Shown here piece by piece: positions 9,036-19,111 of a DNA stretch of 64,000 nt. How positions within the stretch are numbered: the first letter of the stretch is position 1; each line of letters starts with the position of its first letter. The translations under genes and the position numbers were made by a program. The DNA is from an uncultured Gaiellaceae bacterium (GTDB taxonomy: Bacteria; Actinomycetota; Thermoleophilia; Gaiellales; Gaiellaceae), in NCBI GenBank assembly GCA_963738795.1, contig CAVTXQ010000010.1, positions 358,257-422,256 on the forward strand. Reading direction: 5' to 3'. Under the pieces are notes generated by a model. The model did not search any database and was not told where the DNA came from. It saw nothing but the letters and a program-made list of their open reading frames with translations.

Positions 9036-10048
9036 AGATTCTTCCCCCGCTGGCGGAGCGCCAGGCCGCCGACCATGACGACGAGGACGATCAGCGTCCC
9101 CTGGATCACCTGCGCCCAGTTCTGGTCAACGCCCTTCAGGATCATGATCGACTTGACCAGCGTGAGCACGAAGGCGGCCGCGATCGGCCCGATCAGGCCG
9201 CCGATGCCGCCGACGAGCGCGACCCCGCCGAGCACGACCGCCGCGACGCTGTTCAGCGTGTAGTACTGGCCGGAAAGGGCGTCGCCGATCCCGGACGTGG
9301 CCGTCAGCGCGAGGCCGCCCATCGCCGCGAACGCCGAGCCGAGCGCGTAGGCGCCGATCCGCGTCCGGGCGACCGAGATCCCCGCCAGGAACGAGGCCTG
9401 CCGGCTCGACCCGATCGCGTACAGGGAGAGGCCCGGCTTGCGCCAGCGGATCGGCACCCAGACGAGCAGCACGACCGCGGCCAGGATCACGATCCCGGAC
9501 GGCAGCCAGGGCGTCAGCGTGTAGCCGATCGCGAGCTTCGAGAACTCGAGCGGAGCGCCGCCGCCGGGGATCTGCATCACGGCGAGCGCCGCACCGCCCC
9601 AGACGAACAGCATCGCGAGCGTGACGATGATGTCCGCGACCTTGGTCACCGTGATGATCAGACCCGTCAGCGCGCCGGCGAGCGCCGCGCCGAGGATGAG
9701 CACGACCGAGACCACGATCGCCTCGCGGAAGCTGACGGCCAGCCCGGTCGTCGCATCGAACATGTACTTCGCCGAGAGGACGTTGACGAGGCCCATCAGC
9801 GAGCCGATCGAGAGGTCGATCCCGCCCGAGATGATCACAACCGCCTGCGCCATCGCTGCGAACGCAAACGGCAGCGCGTCGATCGCGAGCGACTGCACGT
9901 CGAACGTGCCCCACGCGGCCGGGATCGTGCTCCAGTACAGGAGCAGGCCGACGAGGAGCACGTAGACGCCGACCGTCCAGCCATGCCGGCGCGCGAGCCG
10001 GCCCCAGTGGATCCCGGTCCGGCGCGGCTCGGCGGCAACGGTCGTCAT
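9032..10048 (-). CDS. sugar ABC transporter permease (RbsC/AraH family)
   Basis: 338-aa polytopic membrane ORF, overlapping both neighbouring genes by 4 nt. Confidence 0.9.
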   Translation of the reverse strand: MTTVAAEPRRTGIHWGRLARRHGWTVGVYVLLVGLLLYWSTIPAAWGTFDVQSLAIDALPFAFAAMAQAVVIISGGIDLSIGSLMGLVNVLSAKYMFDATTGLAVSFREAIVVSVVLILGAALAGALTGLIITVTKVADIIVTLAMLFVWGGAALAVMQIPGGGAPLEFSKLAIGYTLTPWLPSGIVILAAVVLLVWVPIRWRKPGLSLYAIGSSRQASFLAGISVARTRIGAYALGSAFAAMGGLALTATSGIGDALSGQYYTLNSVAAVVLGGVALVGGIGGLIGPIAAAFVLTLVKSIMILKGVDQNWAQVIQGTLIVLVVMVGGLALRQRGKNL

Positions 10049-11532
10049 GCTGCCTCGTCCCGCTCGAGCCCGTGCATCGCCCGCAGCAGCGTCGCCTCGT
10101 CGGCTCCGGCGGCCTCCAGCTCGGCGGTCACGCGCCCGCCGTAGAGGCAGACGGCGCGGTCGCAGACGAGCGGGATCTCGGCCAGCTCGCTCGTGAACAG
10201 AAGCACGGCGGCACCGTCGGAGGCGAGCTGCCGAAGGAGCGCGTAGATCTGCCGCTTCGTGCCGACGTCGATGCCGCGGGTCGGGTCGAAGCAGAGCAGG
10301 GTCTGGAAGCCGTTCGCGAGCCAGCGGGCGATCGTCACCTTCTGCTGGTTGCCGCCCGAGAGCCGCCGCACCTGCCGTTGCGCGCGCGTGTCGATCGAGA
10401 GAGCCTCGATCGCGCCAAGCACCCGCCGCCGCTCCTCCCTCATGCCCACAGGCCCCCAGCGACGCGGGTTGTTGAAGCGCGGCGCGGCGATGTTCTCCGC
10501 GATCGAGCGTTGCGGCAGCAGCGCCTGCAGCCGGTCGGCGGGAACCAGCACGACGCCGGCGCGGATCGCGTCGTACGGATGACGGGCCCGTAACGGCTTG
10601 CCCTGGACGAGCACGTCGCCTGCCGTCGGCTTCCGCTGGCCCGAGAGCACCTCGAAGAGCTCGTCCTGGCCCTGGGCCTCGAGCGCGGCGATTCCGAGAA
10701 TCTCGCCGGGCCGGAGCGCAAACGAGACGTCGGTGAGTGTCTCCCCGACTTGCAGCCTGCGGACCTCGAGCGCCGTCGGCCCCGCCGCTGCGACCTCGAT
10801 CCGCTCACGCGGCGGCGTCGCCTCGGCGGTTCCGGCGGCACGGGCGACCTCCTCGCCGAGCATGAACTCAACGATCTTCTCCTCCCCGCCCTCCTGCGGC
10901 ACGAGCGTGCCGACGTCGCGGCCGTCGCGGAGCACGGTCGCCCGGTCGCAGTGGGCGATCACCTCGCGCAGGCGATGGGTGATGAAGAGCGCCGAGCGCC
11001 CCCGCTCCTTCTGGCGGCGCATCACGTCGAAGACGCGTTCGGCGAGATCGGACGGGAGCGCGGCCGTGATCTCGTCCAGGATCAGGAGCTGCGGGTCACG
11101 GGCGAGTGCGCGAGCGAGGTCGAGCATCCGCAGCAGCGGCAGCGGGAGATCGAGCGCCAGCTCCGCGAAGTCGACGTCGAGGTCGAGGTCACGCAGGTGC
11201 CGGCGAACCTCCGCCACCGGCGTCCCCGTCAGGCGCAGGTTTTGCCCGATCGTCAGGTCGGGCACGAGCGCCGGATCCTGGAAGACGGGTGCGAGTCCGA
11301 TCCGCGCCGCCTGGGCGGGCGAGGAGACGGTGCTCGCCTTGCCGTTGACGAGGATCGTCCCTCCGTCCGGCCGGATCACGCCGGTCAGCACTTTCACGAG
11401 CGTGCTCTTGCCGGCGCCGTTCGCCCCGAGCAGGGCGTGCACCTCGCCGGGCTCGACGACGAGGGTGGCCGACTGCAACGCGACGACCGGGCCGTAGCGC
11501 TTCGACACCTCGCGTGCGGTCAGGAGGCTCAT
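10045..11532 (-). CDS. sugar ABC transporter ATP-binding protein with two nucleotide-binding domains (RbsA/MglA type)
   Basis: 495 aa. Walker A GANGAGKST and the second-domain signature LSGGNQQK. Confidence 0.9.
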   Translation of the reverse strand: MSLLTAREVSKRYGPVVALQSATLVVEPGEVHALLGANGAGKSTLVKVLTGVIRPDGGTILVNGKASTVSSPAQAARIGLAPVFQDPALVPDLTIGQNLRLTGTPVAEVRRHLRDLDLDVDFAELALDLPLPLLRMLDLARALARDPQLLILDEITAALPSDLAERVFDVMRRQKERGRSALFITHRLREVIAHCDRATVLRDGRDVGTLVPQEGGEEKIVEFMLGEEVARAAGTAEATPPRERIEVAAAGPTALEVRRLQVGETLTDVSFALRPGEILGIAALEAQGQDELFEVLSGQRKPTAGDVLVQGKPLRARHPYDAIRAGVVLVPADRLQALLPQRSIAENIAAPRFNNPRRWGPVGMREERRRVLGAIEALSIDTRAQRQVRRLSGGNQQKVTIARWLANGFQTLLCFDPTRGIDVGTKRQIYALLRQLASDGAAVLLFTSELAEIPLVCDRAVCLYGGRVTAELEAAGADEATLLRAMHGLERDEAA

Positions 11533-11586
11533 GCGTGGGTGAGGGAGGGAACGCCGGACGGCGCCCCTCCCTCTTCACCCTGGGGG

Positions 11587-12648
11587 CTACGGCCCCTTGC
11601 AGCCCACGAGCTGGGCTGCCGTGTACGTCGTCCACGGCTTGATGAACAGCTGCGAGCTGTAGGTCGGCGGACGCTTCGGCGAGTAGTACGACTTGATCGT
11701 CTTCGAGTCGTTCGCCATGTCCCAGACCTCGGGCGTCAGCTTCGTCCACTTCTTGACGGTGCCGCCGCCGAGGACCTTGATCGCGACCGCGGCGCCAACG
11801 CCGCCGATCGTCGCCGGGTTCGTCACAGCCGAGCCCTGGAACTTCGGGTTCAGGTTGATCAGCTGCTTGAGGAACTCGTTGTTATCGGCCCCCACGACGG
11901 GAACGTACGGCTTGCCGGCCGTCTTGAACGCGTTCACGATCGTGTAGTCGATCCCAGACGTCCAGACGCCGTCGACCTTCACGCCCGAGTTGAGGATGTC
12001 GAGCATCTGCTTGCCACCCGGCGCGAACGACCACTGGGTGAACGTCTGCTTGACGACCTTGATCCCCGGGTACTTCTTCAGCGCCTGCTGGAAGCCCGTG
12101 TGGCGGTCGGTGTCGGCCGGGACGCCGGCGATGCCGCGCATCTCGACCACGTTGCCCTTGCCGCCGAGCTTCTTGAACAGCCACATCGCGCCGAGGCGGC
12201 CGTACGCGACCTGGTCGTTCGTGACGTTGAAGGCCTGCGGTGCCGTGATCCGCTGGTCGACGGACACGATCTTCACCCCGCGTGCCGCCGCCTGGGCGAC
12301 GACCGCGTTGAGCGCGTTCGCGCTCGACGGGTTGATGATGATCGCGTTCGCGCCGGCCGAGATCAGGTTGCGGATGTCGGCGATCTGCTCCGCCGGGCCG
12401 CCGTTGCGGTTGGCGACGATCACCTTCGAGACCTTGCCGCTCGAAAGCGCCTGGGCCTTGACCGCGCAGATCATCTCCTCGCGCCAGCCGTTGCCGACGA
12501 GCGTGTTGCTGACGCCGAGCACCCACTTCTGCCCGCCGACCGGCTTCGCGCTGGCTGTGCCGACGATTCCCATGACCGCGACGAGCGTCACGGCCGCGAG
12601 TGCTACGAGCGGCGCACCGAAGCGGCCGCGGATCCTGCCTTGCGTCAT
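11587..12648 (-). CDS. sugar ABC transporter substrate-binding protein (RbsB-like periplasmic binding fold)
   Basis: 353 aa with an N-terminal signal/anchor (LVALAAVTLVAVMGIVGTASA). It is the first gene of the transporter operon. Confidence 0.9.
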   Translation of the reverse strand: MTQGRIRGRFGAPLVALAAVTLVAVMGIVGTASAKPVGGQKWVLGVSNTLVGNGWREEMICAVKAQALSSGKVSKVIVANRNGGPAEQIADIRNLISAGANAIIINPSSANALNAVVAQAAARGVKIVSVDQRITAPQAFNVTNDQVAYGRLGAMWLFKKLGGKGNVVEMRGIAGVPADTDRHTGFQQALKKYPGIKVVKQTFTQWSFAPGGKQMLDILNSGVKVDGVWTSGIDYTIVNAFKTAGKPYVPVVGADNNEFLKQLINLNPKFQGSAVTNPATIGGVGAAVAIKVLGGGTVKKWTKLTPEVWDMANDSKTIKSYYSPKRPPTYSSQLFIKPWTTYTAAQLVGCKGP

Positions 12649-12809
12649 GCGATTCCTCCCTCTCCTGGAGTCCGAAACGAGTTTATGACCCTGGGGGCGC
12701 GGTCAACAAGCCGCACTCGTGTCATTCGCGGCGACCCTACAGCGCCTTTTGTCGGAAATCAAGAGAAGTCTTGTCGATCGCAGCAGATGTCCTTACACTC
12801 GGAGCCGAA

Positions 12810-14051
12810 GTGGCCACGCAGGCCCCCACGCCCGAGCCGAACGATCTCGTCGACGTGCTCGACCACGTCCGTGCCAACGGCGAGTCGTCGCGCGCCGAGC
12901 TGGCGCGGGCGACGGGTCTCGGCCGCTCCGTCCTGACCCAGCGCGTCGATGCGCTCCGCAACTACGGGCTGCTCGCCGAGGACCGCGTCGGCGTCTCGAC
13001 CGGCGGCCGGGCGCCGCGACTGCTCCGATTCCGCTCCGACGCGGGCTACCTACTCGTCGCCGACCTCGGCGCGACGAGCACCGACGTCGCGCTCGCCGAC
13101 CTGGCGGGCCGAATCGTCGTCCACCGGCAGGAGCCCTCCGACATCGCCGCCGGCCCGGACGCAGTGCTCGACCACGTCGAGGAGCTGTTCGAGGAGTGCG
13201 TCGCCGAGGCGGGCGGCGACCGCTCGCTCTGGGGCATCGGCATCGGCGTCCCCGGCCCGGTCGAGTTCGACTCGGGCAAGCCGGTCTCGCCACCGATCAT
13301 GCCCGGCTGGGACGGCTACGCCGTGCGGGAGCGCTTCGCCGGGCGGAACGTGCCCGTCTGGGTCGACAACGACGTCAACGTGATGGCGCTCGGCGAGCTG
13401 ACCGCCGGCTGCGGCCGCGGCGTCGACGACTTCGTCTTCGTCAAGATCGGAACCGGGATCGGCGCCGGGATCGTCGTCGACGGCCGGATCCACCGCGGCG
13501 CCAAGGGCTCGGCCGGCGACGTCGGCCACATCCACGTCCAGGCCGGCCGCGAGGTGACGTGCCGCTGCGGGATGAGCGGCTGCCTGGAGGCATTCGCGGG
13601 CGGCGCTGCCCTCGCACGCGACGCGGAGGCGGCTGCGCGCGAGGGGCGAAGCCCGATCCTGCAGGCACTGCTCGCGGAGAAGGGCTTCCTCGACGCCGCC
13701 GATGTCGCCGCCGCGTCGAAGCACGGCGACCCCGTCTCGATCGAGCTGATCACCGAGGCCGGGCGGCTGATCGGACAGATGCTCACCGGCATCGTCAACT
13801 TCTTCAACCCTTCGCTGATCGTGATCGGCGGCGGCGTCGCGGGCGCGGGCGACCTCTTGCTCGCGACGATCCGCCAGGCGATCTACCGGCGTTCGCTCCC
13901 GCTTGCGACGCGCGACCTGACCGTCCGGCGCTCGGCGCTCGACGGTCGCGCCGGAGTGATCGGCGCCGCGACCATGGCCGCGAACGAGCTCTTCGCCCGC
14001 GAGTTCCTACCCCGCTGGCTCGCCGCCGGCAGCCCCGCCCGCTCCGCGTAG
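12810..14051 (+). CDS. ROK-family transcriptional regulator
   Basis: Track ORF 12600..14051, trimmed to the GTG at 12810 after GGAG. N-terminal winged-helix segment ([29 protein letters not shown]), ROK sugar-kinase-like body and Cys motif [10 protein letters not shown]. Divergent from the transporter operon. Confidence 0.85.
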   Translation: MATQAPTPEPNDLVDVLDHVRANGESSRAELARATGLGRSVLTQRVDALRNYGLLAEDRVGVSTGGRAPRLLRFRSDAGYLLVADLGATSTDVALADLAGRIVVHRQEPSDIAAGPDAVLDHVEELFEECVAEAGGDRSLWGIGIGVPGPVEFDSGKPVSPPIMPGWDGYAVRERFAGRNVPVWVDNDVNVMALGELTAGCGRGVDDFVFVKIGTGIGAGIVVDGRIHRGAKGSAGDVGHIHVQAGREVTCRCGMSGCLEAFAGGAALARDAEAAAREGRSPILQALLAEKGFLDAADVAAASKHGDPVSIELITEAGRLIGQMLTGIVNFFNPSLIVIGGGVAGAGDLLLATIRQAIYRRSLPLATRDLTVRRSALDGRAGVIGAATMAANELFAREFLPRWLAAGSPARSA

Positions 14052-14799
14052 CACCTGCGCGGCGCGGCGCGCATGTTCGGCGTACGCCGCGTCGAAGAGC
14101 CGCTGCGACTCCTCCATGCCGACGAGCGCCGGGCTCGTGAGGACGGGCGGCAGTGCGCCCTGCTCGAGCAGCAGCTCGGCGGTCCGCACCTTGACCGCGT
14201 TCACGAGCACGGCCGCGGCGACCGTCGATCCAGGACCGACCGGCGTCTCGAGCCCGTCGAGCTCGACGAGTGCGTCGCCGACCGGCGTGCAGAGGTCGAG
14301 GACGACGTCCGCGTGGTCGCGCAGCCGCTGCTCCCTCTCCCGCCTCGGCCTGCGCGACCGAGGTCACGGCGACGACGGCCAGTCCGCGCGCCTTGGCGCC
14401 GCGCGCGATCTCGATCGGGACGGCGGTGCCGCCGCCGGCGCTGAAGACGATCATCACGTCCGGCGGCGCGAGCTCGAAGTTGGCGAGGATCGTCTCCGCG
14501 AGGCCCTCGACCCGCTCGATGAACATCGCCTGCCGCTGGCCGTTCGCGCCGACGACCTGCGTGTGGAAGGTCATCGAGAGCTCGACGATCGGGTGGAAGC
14601 CGGGATAGGAGCCGTAGCGCGGGAACATCTCCTCGACCGGGATCCGCGAGTGACCGGTGCCGAAGAGGTGGACGAGCCCGCCCGCGGCGATCGCTCGAGC
14701 GCAGAGCTGCGCGACCTCCTCGACGGCTTCGTTCTGGCTCTCGAGTCGGTCCAGCAGCGCTTTGGCGGCCGCGAGGTACCGCGTAGGCTCCGTGCTCAC
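14007..14799 (-). CDS. SIS-domain sugar isomerase-like protein; frame broken near 14340
   Basis: The N-terminal part lies in the frame of the 13804..16557 track ORF ([16 protein letters not shown]...[12 protein letters not shown]...[10 protein letters not shown]). The C-terminal part lies in the frame of 14007..14210 (...[18 protein letters not shown]...). The junction is at a G run. The start and the 3' end, which overlaps the ROK gene by 45 nt, are uncertain. Confidence 0.65.
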
Positions 14800-14850
14800 G
14801 TCGCCGTCGAACGAGGAGGAAGCTGCACGGTGGTCGGCCACAGGGTGAGC

Positions 14851-16023
14851 ATGCTCGGCACGGGTCTCATCGGACTCTTCTACACGAGAACGCTGCACGG
14901 GCAGCGCAACCGCGACCGCGTCCACGTCGTCTACTCGCGCTCGGAGCAACGGGCGAAGGCGTTCTGCGCTGACAACGACGTCCCCGCCTGGACGACCGAC
15001 CTCGAGGAGGCGATCGCCCACCCCGAGACCGACACGGTCGTGATCGGCCTTCCGAACCAGCTGCACGAGGAGGCGGTCGAGCTCTGCGCGAAGCACGGTA
15101 AGAACGTCCTCTGCACGAAGCCGCTCGCCCGCACGGCCGAGGAAGCGAAGCGGATGCTCGACACGGCCGAGCGCGCCGGCATCTTCGCCGGCTATCTCGA
15201 GGACCTCGTCTACACCCCGAAGACGCTGAAGGCAGTCGCGGCGGTACAGGCCGGCCAGATCGGCGACGTGCTCTGGGCGCGCTCGCGCGAGACGCACCCG
15301 GGGCCGCACAGCGCCTGGTTCTGGGATGCGGCGCAGGCGGGCGGCGGGCCGATTGTCGACCTCGGCTGCCACTGCATCGAGATCATCCGCTCCTACATGG
15401 GCAAGGAGAACCGGCCCGTCGAAGTGATGTGCTGGACCGACACGCTCGTCCATCCGATCGAGGCCGAGGACAACGCGATCGCGCTGATCCGGTTCGAGAG
15501 CGGTGCGATGGGCCAGTTCGAGGTCAGCTGGACGTTCCGCGGCGGCATGGACCTCCGCGACGAGGTCGCCGGCACCGAAGGGACGATCTGGACGAACCAT
15601 TTCCTCCGCACGGGCTTCGAGATGTTCACGTCGGGCGGCGGCGAGGGCTACGTCGCCGAGAAGGCCGAGAGCGCGAGCGGTTGGCTCTTCCCGGTCGGCG
15701 ACGAGGTGGCGGAGCTCGGCTACGTCGACATGTTCACGGACATGTTCGACGCGATCGACTCCGGCCGGGCGCCGCGGGAGACCTTCTACGACGGCTACGT
15801 GGTCAACGGGGTCATCGACGCCTGCTACCGCTCGGCGGAGACGCGGCAGTGGGAGCCGGTGCAGCTCGAGGACTGGCGTGGCGGCGGCGTCCCCCGGATC
15901 GCGCGCGAGCGCCGCGAGCACGACGGCAAGACGGTGATCAAGGAGGAGAAGATGCCGGACGGCCGCTCGAAACTGATCCTGAAGGACGAGGCCACGGGCG
16001 AGTTCGTCGACGTCGTCGGCTGA
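14851..16023 (+). CDS. Gfo/Idh/MocA-family oxidoreductase
   Basis: Track ORF 14116..16023, trimmed to the ATG at 14851 ([15 protein letters not shown]...; a GTG at 14845 is possible). Rossmann N-terminus and a typical C-terminal alpha/beta domain. Confidence 0.85.
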   Translation: MLGTGLIGLFYTRTLHGQRNRDRVHVVYSRSEQRAKAFCADNDVPAWTTDLEEAIAHPETDTVVIGLPNQLHEEAVELCAKHGKNVLCTKPLARTAEEAKRMLDTAERAGIFAGYLEDLVYTPKTLKAVAAVQAGQIGDVLWARSRETHPGPHSAWFWDAAQAGGGPIVDLGCHCIEIIRSYMGKENRPVEVMCWTDTLVHPIEAEDNAIALIRFESGAMGQFEVSWTFRGGMDLRDEVAGTEGTIWTNHFLRTGFEMFTSGGGEGYVAEKAESASGWLFPVGDEVAELGYVDMFTDMFDAIDSGRAPRETFYDGYVVNGVIDACYRSAETRQWEPVQLEDWRGGGVPRIARERREHDGKTVIKEEKMPDGRSKLILKDEATGEFVDVVG

Positions 16024-16056
16024 AGAGCGCACGCGGGCTGGGGATAGTGTGCGGGC

Positions 16057-17640
16057 GTGACAGCCCGGACAGCCGTGCTCTCCAAGGGACAGCTCGCCCT
16101 GCTCGCCGAGCACGGCGAGGAGCGCCGCGCGGACGTCGGCGACGTGCTCTTTCGGGTCGGTGACCGACGCTATCCGCTGATCGCGATCATCGAAGGCGAG
16201 GCGGCCGTTCTCGACCAGAACGGTGCGGAGATCAACCGCCACGGCCCGGGTGGCTTCCTCGGCGAGTCGAACCTGCTCTCGGGACAGACCGTCTTCTTCA
16301 CGGCCGTCGTGACCGAGCCGATGCGCTACATCGCCGTCGAGCGTGAGGAGCTGCGAGCGCTCCTGTTCGAGGACACCGCGCTCAGCGACCTGTTGCTCTG
16401 GACCTTCATGGCTCGCCGGGAGGGGCTTCAGGCGCGGGACGGTGTCGGCGTCGAGATCGTCGGGCCGCATTCGTCCGAGGCGACGCGACAGCTCGTCGAG
16501 TTCGCGCGCCGCAACCGCCTGCCGTTCACGTGGCTGGACACCGACCGCCCCGAGCATGCGGAGGGGCTCGCCCGGATCGCCGGGCTCGCGGATGACGAGA
16601 TCCCGCTCGTGCGCCTACCGGGAGGGCCTGAGCTTCGGAATCCCTCCGCCGGCGAGGTGTCCCGGGCGCTGGGCATCGGGCTCGAGCTCGACCAGGCGGA
16701 GACGGTCGACCTGCTCGTCGTCGGCGGCGGCCCGGCCGGGCTCGGCGCCGCCGTCTACGGTGCGTCGGAGGGGCTGGACACGCTCGTGGTCGAGGGCAGC
16801 GCTCTCGGCGGCCAGGCGGGAACGTCGCGGAGGATCGAGAACTACCTCGGCTTCCCGGCGGGCATCAGCGGCTCGGAGCTGACGGTTCGCGCCGTCGGCC
16901 AGGCGCGGAAGTTCGGCGCCCGCATGGCCACGCCGTACCGCGCCGTCGCGCTCGAGCCCGGCGCCGAGCTTCACCTCGTCCGGCTCGAGAGCGGCCAGGA
17001 GATGAGGGCGCGCGCCGTCGTTCTCGCGACCGGCGCCGAGTACCGCCGGCTTCCGATCCCGGAGATCGAGTCGTACGAAGGCGTCAGCATCTTCTACGCC
17101 GCGGGGCCACAGGAGGCCCGGCGCTGCAGCGCCACGCGGGTCGGCGTCGTCGGCGGCGGGAACTCGGCGGCCCAGGCGGCGATCTGGCTCGCCCGCGGCG
17201 GCGCGCTCGTGACGCTCTTCCACCGCCGGGCCGACCTCAGCGAGACGATGTCGGACTACCTGATCCACGACCTCGAGCGCGCCGGCGTCCTCGTCCGAGG
17301 ACGCAGCGAGATCGCCGCGCTGCACGGCGCCGACGGCCAGCTCGAGGCGGCGACGCTCCGCGACGGCGAGCGGATTCCGCTCTCCTCCCTCTTCCTCTTC
17401 CTCGGAGCCGCACCGAACACCGACTGGCTCGGTGGCACGGTCGCGCTCGACGACGACGGCTTCGTCCTCACGGGCCAGAGGGCCGGTGCCGAGGGCATCC
17501 TCGAGACGAGCGTGCCCGGCGTCTTCGCGGTGGGCGATGTTCGCTCGGGGTCGGTCAAGCGTTGCGCCACCGCGGTCGGCGAGGGAGCGATGGTCGTGCG
17601 CTTCGTCCACGAGCGCTTCTCCGCCGACGTCGTCAGCTGA
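16057..17640 (+). CDS. cyclic-nucleotide-binding domain fused to a thioredoxin-reductase-like FAD/NAD(P) oxidoreductase
   Basis: 527 aa. N-terminal cNMP-binding-like segment (GDVLFRVGD...GFLGESNLLSG). FAD motif DLLVVGGGPAGLGAA and NAD motif VGVVGGGNSAAQAA. Confidence 0.85.
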   Translation: MTARTAVLSKGQLALLAEHGEERRADVGDVLFRVGDRRYPLIAIIEGEAAVLDQNGAEINRHGPGGFLGESNLLSGQTVFFTAVVTEPMRYIAVEREELRALLFEDTALSDLLLWTFMARREGLQARDGVGVEIVGPHSSEATRQLVEFARRNRLPFTWLDTDRPEHAEGLARIAGLADDEIPLVRLPGGPELRNPSAGEVSRALGIGLELDQAETVDLLVVGGGPAGLGAAVYGASEGLDTLVVEGSALGGQAGTSRRIENYLGFPAGISGSELTVRAVGQARKFGARMATPYRAVALEPGAELHLVRLESGQEMRARAVVLATGAEYRRLPIPEIESYEGVSIFYAAGPQEARRCSATRVGVVGGGNSAAQAAIWLARGGALVTLFHRRADLSETMSDYLIHDLERAGVLVRGRSEIAALHGADGQLEAATLRDGERIPLSSLFLFLGAAPNTDWLGGTVALDDDGFVLTGQRAGAEGILETSVPGVFAVGDVRSGSVKRCATAVGEGAMVVRFVHERFSADVVS

Positions 17641-17758
17641 CCAGCTGCTCCGCCGATGTCGATTCGCGCGTGGGCCGTTCGTCGTACCGATGAGTTTCGA
17701 ATCGCACTGCCGTCTAACACCGTGATCGACGTCCGCCGTCGCTACCGGAGGTGAGTTC

Positions 17759-18835
17759 ATGTCGAAAACGCTCGTGATCGTCGGGACACGCAAGGGCTGC
17801 TTCTTTGTCGAGAGCGACGAACGGCGGCTCGAGTGGGAGCTGCGTGGCCCGTTCTGCGAAGGGTGGCCGATCTACCACGCCGTCCACGACGCCGACACCG
17901 GCGCGATCTACGCGGCCGGGGCGAGCGAATGGCACGGCGCGAGCGTCTGGCGCAGCCCCGATCTCGGCGAGACATGGACGCAGTCGAGCGAGGGCCTCGA
18001 GTACGGCGAGACCGGGCTCAAGCTCTCGAAGGTCTCGGGCCTGACCGCCGCCCACGGGCGGCTCTTCGCCGGCGCGGAGATGCCCGGCATCTTCGAGAGC
18101 CGTGACCGCGGCCAGACGTGGAAGCTCCTGAGCACGCTCGAAGGACAGCCCGGCAGCGAGGGATGGAACGATCCCGAGAACCAGCCGCCGGGACACCTCG
18201 GCATCCCCGCGATCCTCCCCCACCCCGAGGACTCCGCCCGCTACTGGGCGATCGTCCAGGGCGTCGGCATCTTCGAGACGGCCGACGACGGCACCTCGTG
18301 GACGCCGCGGAACCACGGGTTGCGCGCGGACTGGCCGCTCGAGAACCCCGAGGTCGGCTACTGCGTCCACAAGCTCGTGATGTCGCCGATCGACAACGAC
18401 CGGCTGTACCAGCAGAACCATGTCGGCATGCACCGGAGTGACGACGCGGGACTGACCTGGACGGAGATCTCGGACGGCCTACCGACCGAGTTCGGATTCG
18501 CAGCGGCGGCGCACCCGCACGACCGGGACACGTTCTACGTGATCCCGCTCGATCCCGGCCACGCGCGCTGCATGCCCGACGGGAGCGCGGCTGTCTGGCG
18601 CACGGGTGACGCGGGCTCGACCTGGCAGCGGCTCGACGAGGGGTTGCCGCAGCACGACGCGCACGTCGGCGTCCTGCGCGAAGGGATGACGATCGACACG
18701 CACGACGTGCCGGGCGTGTACTTCGGCACGAGCACGGGCCAGGTGTTCGCCAGCGCCGACGAAGGCGAGAGCTGGCGCGAGATCGCGAGCTACCTGCCGG
18801 GCATCGCGTCGGTCGAGGTCGCGATCGTCGAGTAG
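17759..18835 (+). CDS. BNR/Asp-box repeat beta-propeller protein (annotated in databases as exo-alpha-sialidase-like)
   Basis: 358 aa with GGAGG before the ATG. Repeated S-x-D-x-G-x-T-W motifs (SPDLGETW, SRDRGQTW, TADDGTSW, SDDAGLTW, TGDAGSTW, SADEGESW). Confidence 0.8.
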   Translation: MSKTLVIVGTRKGCFFVESDERRLEWELRGPFCEGWPIYHAVHDADTGAIYAAGASEWHGASVWRSPDLGETWTQSSEGLEYGETGLKLSKVSGLTAAHGRLFAGAEMPGIFESRDRGQTWKLLSTLEGQPGSEGWNDPENQPPGHLGIPAILPHPEDSARYWAIVQGVGIFETADDGTSWTPRNHGLRADWPLENPEVGYCVHKLVMSPIDNDRLYQQNHVGMHRSDDAGLTWTEISDGLPTEFGFAAAAHPHDRDTFYVIPLDPGHARCMPDGSAAVWRTGDAGSTWQRLDEGLPQHDAHVGVLREGMTIDTHDVPGVYFGTSTGQVFASADEGESWREIASYLPGIASVEVAIVE

Positions 18836-18837
18836 CC

Positions 18838-19101
18838 ATGGCCGAGCTCTACCTGCCTTCGACGCTGCGGCCGCTCTTCGCGGGGCTTCCGCGCCACCTC
18901 GAAATCGACGCCGTCACGGTCGACGAGGCGCTCGACCGGCTCGAGGAACGCTGGCCGGGCTTCCGCGACCGCCTCTGCGAACCGGGGCCGGAGCTGCGCC
19001 GCCACATTCACGTCTATGTCGACCGGGAGCGCGCGAAACTCGACACTCCGCTCGAGGCGCGCTCCCGGGTCGACGTGATCGCCGCCATCAGCGGCGGCTG
19101 A
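18838..19101 (+). CDS. MoaD/ThiS-family ubiquitin-like protein ending in Gly-Gly
   Basis: 87 aa. Starts 3 nt after the BNR gene stop. C-terminus ...VDVIAAISGG, typical of sulfur-carrier beta-grasp proteins. Confidence 0.7.
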   Translation: MAELYLPSTLRPLFAGLPRHLEIDAVTVDEALDRLEERWPGFRDRLCEPGPELRRHIHVYVDRERAKLDTPLEARSRVDVIAAISGG

Positions 19102-19111
19102 GCGGCGCCCC

